A DNA stretch of 32,000 nucleotides from Mycobacterium leprae TN. GTDB lineage: Bacteria; Actinomycetota; Actinomycetes; Mycobacteriales; Mycobacteriaceae. Positions 28,819-32,000 of the stretch are shown piece by piece. The stretch lies in assembly GCF_000195855.1 (NCBI RefSeq), contig NC_002677.1, positions 90,001 through 122,000 of the forward strand. The letters run 5' to 3'. The position numbers and the translations under genes are program-made. The stretch's first letter is position 1. Every line of letters starts with the position of its first letter. A model generated the notes under the pieces. That model ran no database searches and had not been told where the DNA came from. It worked only from the letters and a program-made list of their open reading frames with translations.

Positions 28819-30768
28819 ATGCGGCGCCGAATGGTGAGCAGGCAGGTCGGTTGGCCGCTGTTTCCGTACCACATTGTGGTCCGGGTCAGTCTATGGGCCA
28901 GTGTGTTGCTGGTGGCTGCGTTGTTTGGTTGGGGGGCCTGGCAACGACGTTGGATCGCTGACGACGGGTTGATCGTCTTGCGCACTGTGCGCAACCTGCT
29001 GGCTGGCAACGGGCCGGTGTTCAACCAAGGTGAGCGGGTGGAGGCCAACACTTCCACGGTATGGACCTACCTACTTTATGCGGGCAGCTGGGTCGGCGGG
29101 CCGATGCGCTTCGAGTATGTGGCGTTGGCCGCGGCTCTTGTTCTTTCTGTACTTGGCATGGTGTTGCTGATGCTGGGTACAGGCCGGTTGTATGCACCTA
29201 GCTTGCAGGGTCGTCAGGCGATCATGCTGCCCGCCGGTGCGCTGGTTTACGTTGCGCTGCCGCCGGCGCGGGACTTCGCCACATCCGGTTTGGAGAGCGG
29301 CTTGGTATTGACCTATCTGGGGCTGTTGTGGTGGATGATGGTTTGTTGGGCGCAGCCACTGCGGAATCGGTCGCAAAGCCGACGATTCATCGGTGCACTG
29401 GCCTTCGTAGCGGGGTGCAGTGTTCTGGTCCGCCCCGAGTTGGCGCTGATGGGCGGGTCTGCGCTGATCATGCTGATGATCGCGGCTCGGACCTGTTGGC
29501 TTCGGGCGCTGATCGTGGTGGCTGGCGGATCCCTGCCAGTTGCCTACCAGCTTTTCCGGATGGGCTACTATGGTTTACTGGTGCCGGGTACCGCCTTGGC
29601 CAAGGACGCAGCGGGCGACAAGTGGTCACAAGGCATAATTTATCTGTCGAACTTCAACCAGCCCTACGTACTTTGGGTGCCGTTGGTGCTCTTGGTGCTG
29701 TTGGGATTGTTGCTGATGTTGATTCATCGTTGGCCATCATTTATGCACCCTCTGGAGACCCCCGACTCCGGGCGTGTGGCCCGGGCGGTACAAAGCCCGC
29801 CGGCTGTCGTGGTCTTTGTCGTCTTCAGCGGACTCCTGCAGGCGTTTTATTGGATCCGGCAAGGCGGCGACTTTATGCACGGCCGGGTGTTGTTGGCGCC
29901 GCTATTTTGTTTGCTGGCTCCGGTCGTGGTCATTCCGGTGGTGATTTCCGAAGGTGCGGACTTTTCGCGGCAGACTGGTAATTGGCTGGCAGGTGTGACC
30001 AGCCTGCTGTGGCTGGGGGTTGCGGGTTGGTCGCTGTGGGCAGCTAACTCGCCGGGGATGGGTGATGACGCCACCAACGTCAGCTACTCGGGGATCGTCG
30101 ACGAGCGACGCTTCTACGCGCAGGCAACCGGTCACGCCCATCCGTTGACTGCGGCCGATTACCTGGGTTATCCACGGATGGCTGCGGTCCTGGTAGCACT
30201 CAACAACACCCCTGACGGCGCGTTGTTGCTACCATCTGGCAACTACATTAAGTGGGATCTTGTGCCGATGATCCAGCTGTCGCCATCTTCACCAGGAAGT
30301 CCCCCGGACAGCCTAGTGTCCCAAAAACCCCAGCACACGGTATTTTTCACCAACCTCGGTATGCTTGGCATGAACGTCGGGCTCGATGTCAGGGTGATCG
30401 ACCAGATCGGGTTGGCAAATCCTCTGGCGCAGCACACCGAACGGCTGCAGCACGGCCGGATCGGGCATGACAAAAACCTCTTCCCGGACTGGGTGATCGC
30501 CGACGGTCCCTGGGTGAAATGGTACCCAGGTATTCCTGGCTATCTTGATCAGGCATGGATTGCGCAAGCGGTAGCGGCCCTGCAGTGCTCCGGGACCCAG
30601 GCGGTGCTGAGCTCGGTGCGCGCCCCGATGGCCTTGCATCGGTTCATCTCCAACCTGTTGAATTCGTTTGAGTTCACCCGGTACCGGTTCGACCGTGTTC
30701 CGCTCTACGAGCTCGTTAGGTGTGGGCTGCCGGTGCCTGACGTGCTTCCTGCTACCCCGCCCGAATGA
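28819..30768 (+). CDS. aftB: Arabinofuranosyltransferase AftB (GT-C membrane glycosyltransferase)
   Basis: FGWGAWQRRWIADDGLIVLRTVRNLLAGNGPVFNQGERVEANTSTVWTYLLY...YYGLLVPGTALAKDAAGDKWSQG...GLANPLAQHTERLQHGRIGHDK. ATG 28819 is preceded by AAGGGG; ATG 28831 or GTG 28876 are alternatives. Confidence 0.93.
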   Translation: MRRRMVSRQVGWPLFPYHIVVRVSLWASVLLVAALFGWGAWQRRWIADDGLIVLRTVRNLLAGNGPVFNQGERVEANTSTVWTYLLYAGSWVGGPMRFEYVALAAALVLSVLGMVLLMLGTGRLYAPSLQGRQAIMLPAGALVYVALPPARDFATSGLESGLVLTYLGLLWWMMVCWAQPLRNRSQSRRFIGALAFVAGCSVLVRPELALMGGSALIMLMIAARTCWLRALIVVAGGSLPVAYQLFRMGYYGLLVPGTALAKDAAGDKWSQGIIYLSNFNQPYVLWVPLVLLVLLGLLLMLIHRWPSFMHPLETPDSGRVARAVQSPPAVVVFVVFSGLLQAFYWIRQGGDFMHGRVLLAPLFCLLAPVVVIPVVISEGADFSRQTGNWLAGVTSLLWLGVAGWSLWAANSPGMGDDATNVSYSGIVDERRFYAQATGHAHPLTAADYLGYPRMAAVLVALNNTPDGALLLPSGNYIKWDLVPMIQLSPSSPGSPPDSLVSQKPQHTVFFTNLGMLGMNVGLDVRVIDQIGLANPLAQHTERLQHGRIGHDKNLFPDWVIADGPWVKWYPGIPGYLDQAWIAQAVAALQCSGTQAVLSSVRAPMALHRFISNLLNSFEFTRYRFDRVPLYELVRCGLPVPDVLPATPPE

Positions 30769-30829
30769 GCACTCGGCGACGATTCGCAAATGCGTGAAGT
30801 TGGCATTTTCGGTCGTTGTGTCGACCTGA

Positions 30830-32000
<1,171 letters not shown>

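Overview
The window looks like an ordinary, heavily decayed chromosomal segment of Mycobacterium leprae (organism inferred from remembered family sequences; no database was run). It is collinear, in reverse orientation, with the M. tuberculosis Rv3850 to Rv3804c region. Apparently intact genes, left to right: Rv3850-like (cut by the left edge), espR, Rv3847-like, sodA, Rv3843c-like membrane protein, glpQ1, pheA, phosphoglycerate-mutase-like protein, Rv3835-like septum/secreted protein, serS, Rv3816c-like acyltransferase, Rv3813c-like HAD hydrolase, erp/pirG (28 kDa antigen), then the cell-wall galactan/arabinan cluster glf, glfT2, PAP2 phosphatase, ubiA, aftB, and fbpA (cut by the right edge). 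Between these I could reconstruct several pseudogenes by hand: bfrB ferritin, an LCP-family protein, a DUF2470-like protein, an HEXXH metallopeptidase (Rv3836-like), an SDR, a second acyltransferase and an Rv3811-like amidase. A gene desert of about 5.7 kb (13.4-19.05 kb) sits where M. tuberculosis carries its sulfolipid locus. No CRISPR array, tRNA, rRNA or intact mobile element was recognised. I found no convincing undescribed system. The most useful leads are an unassigned decayed reading frame at 17.0-17.9 kb, a 28% GC island at 6.42-6.66 kb, an 18-bp perfect tandem duplication just upstream of fbpA, and small unassigned ORFs near 21.35-21.9 kb.
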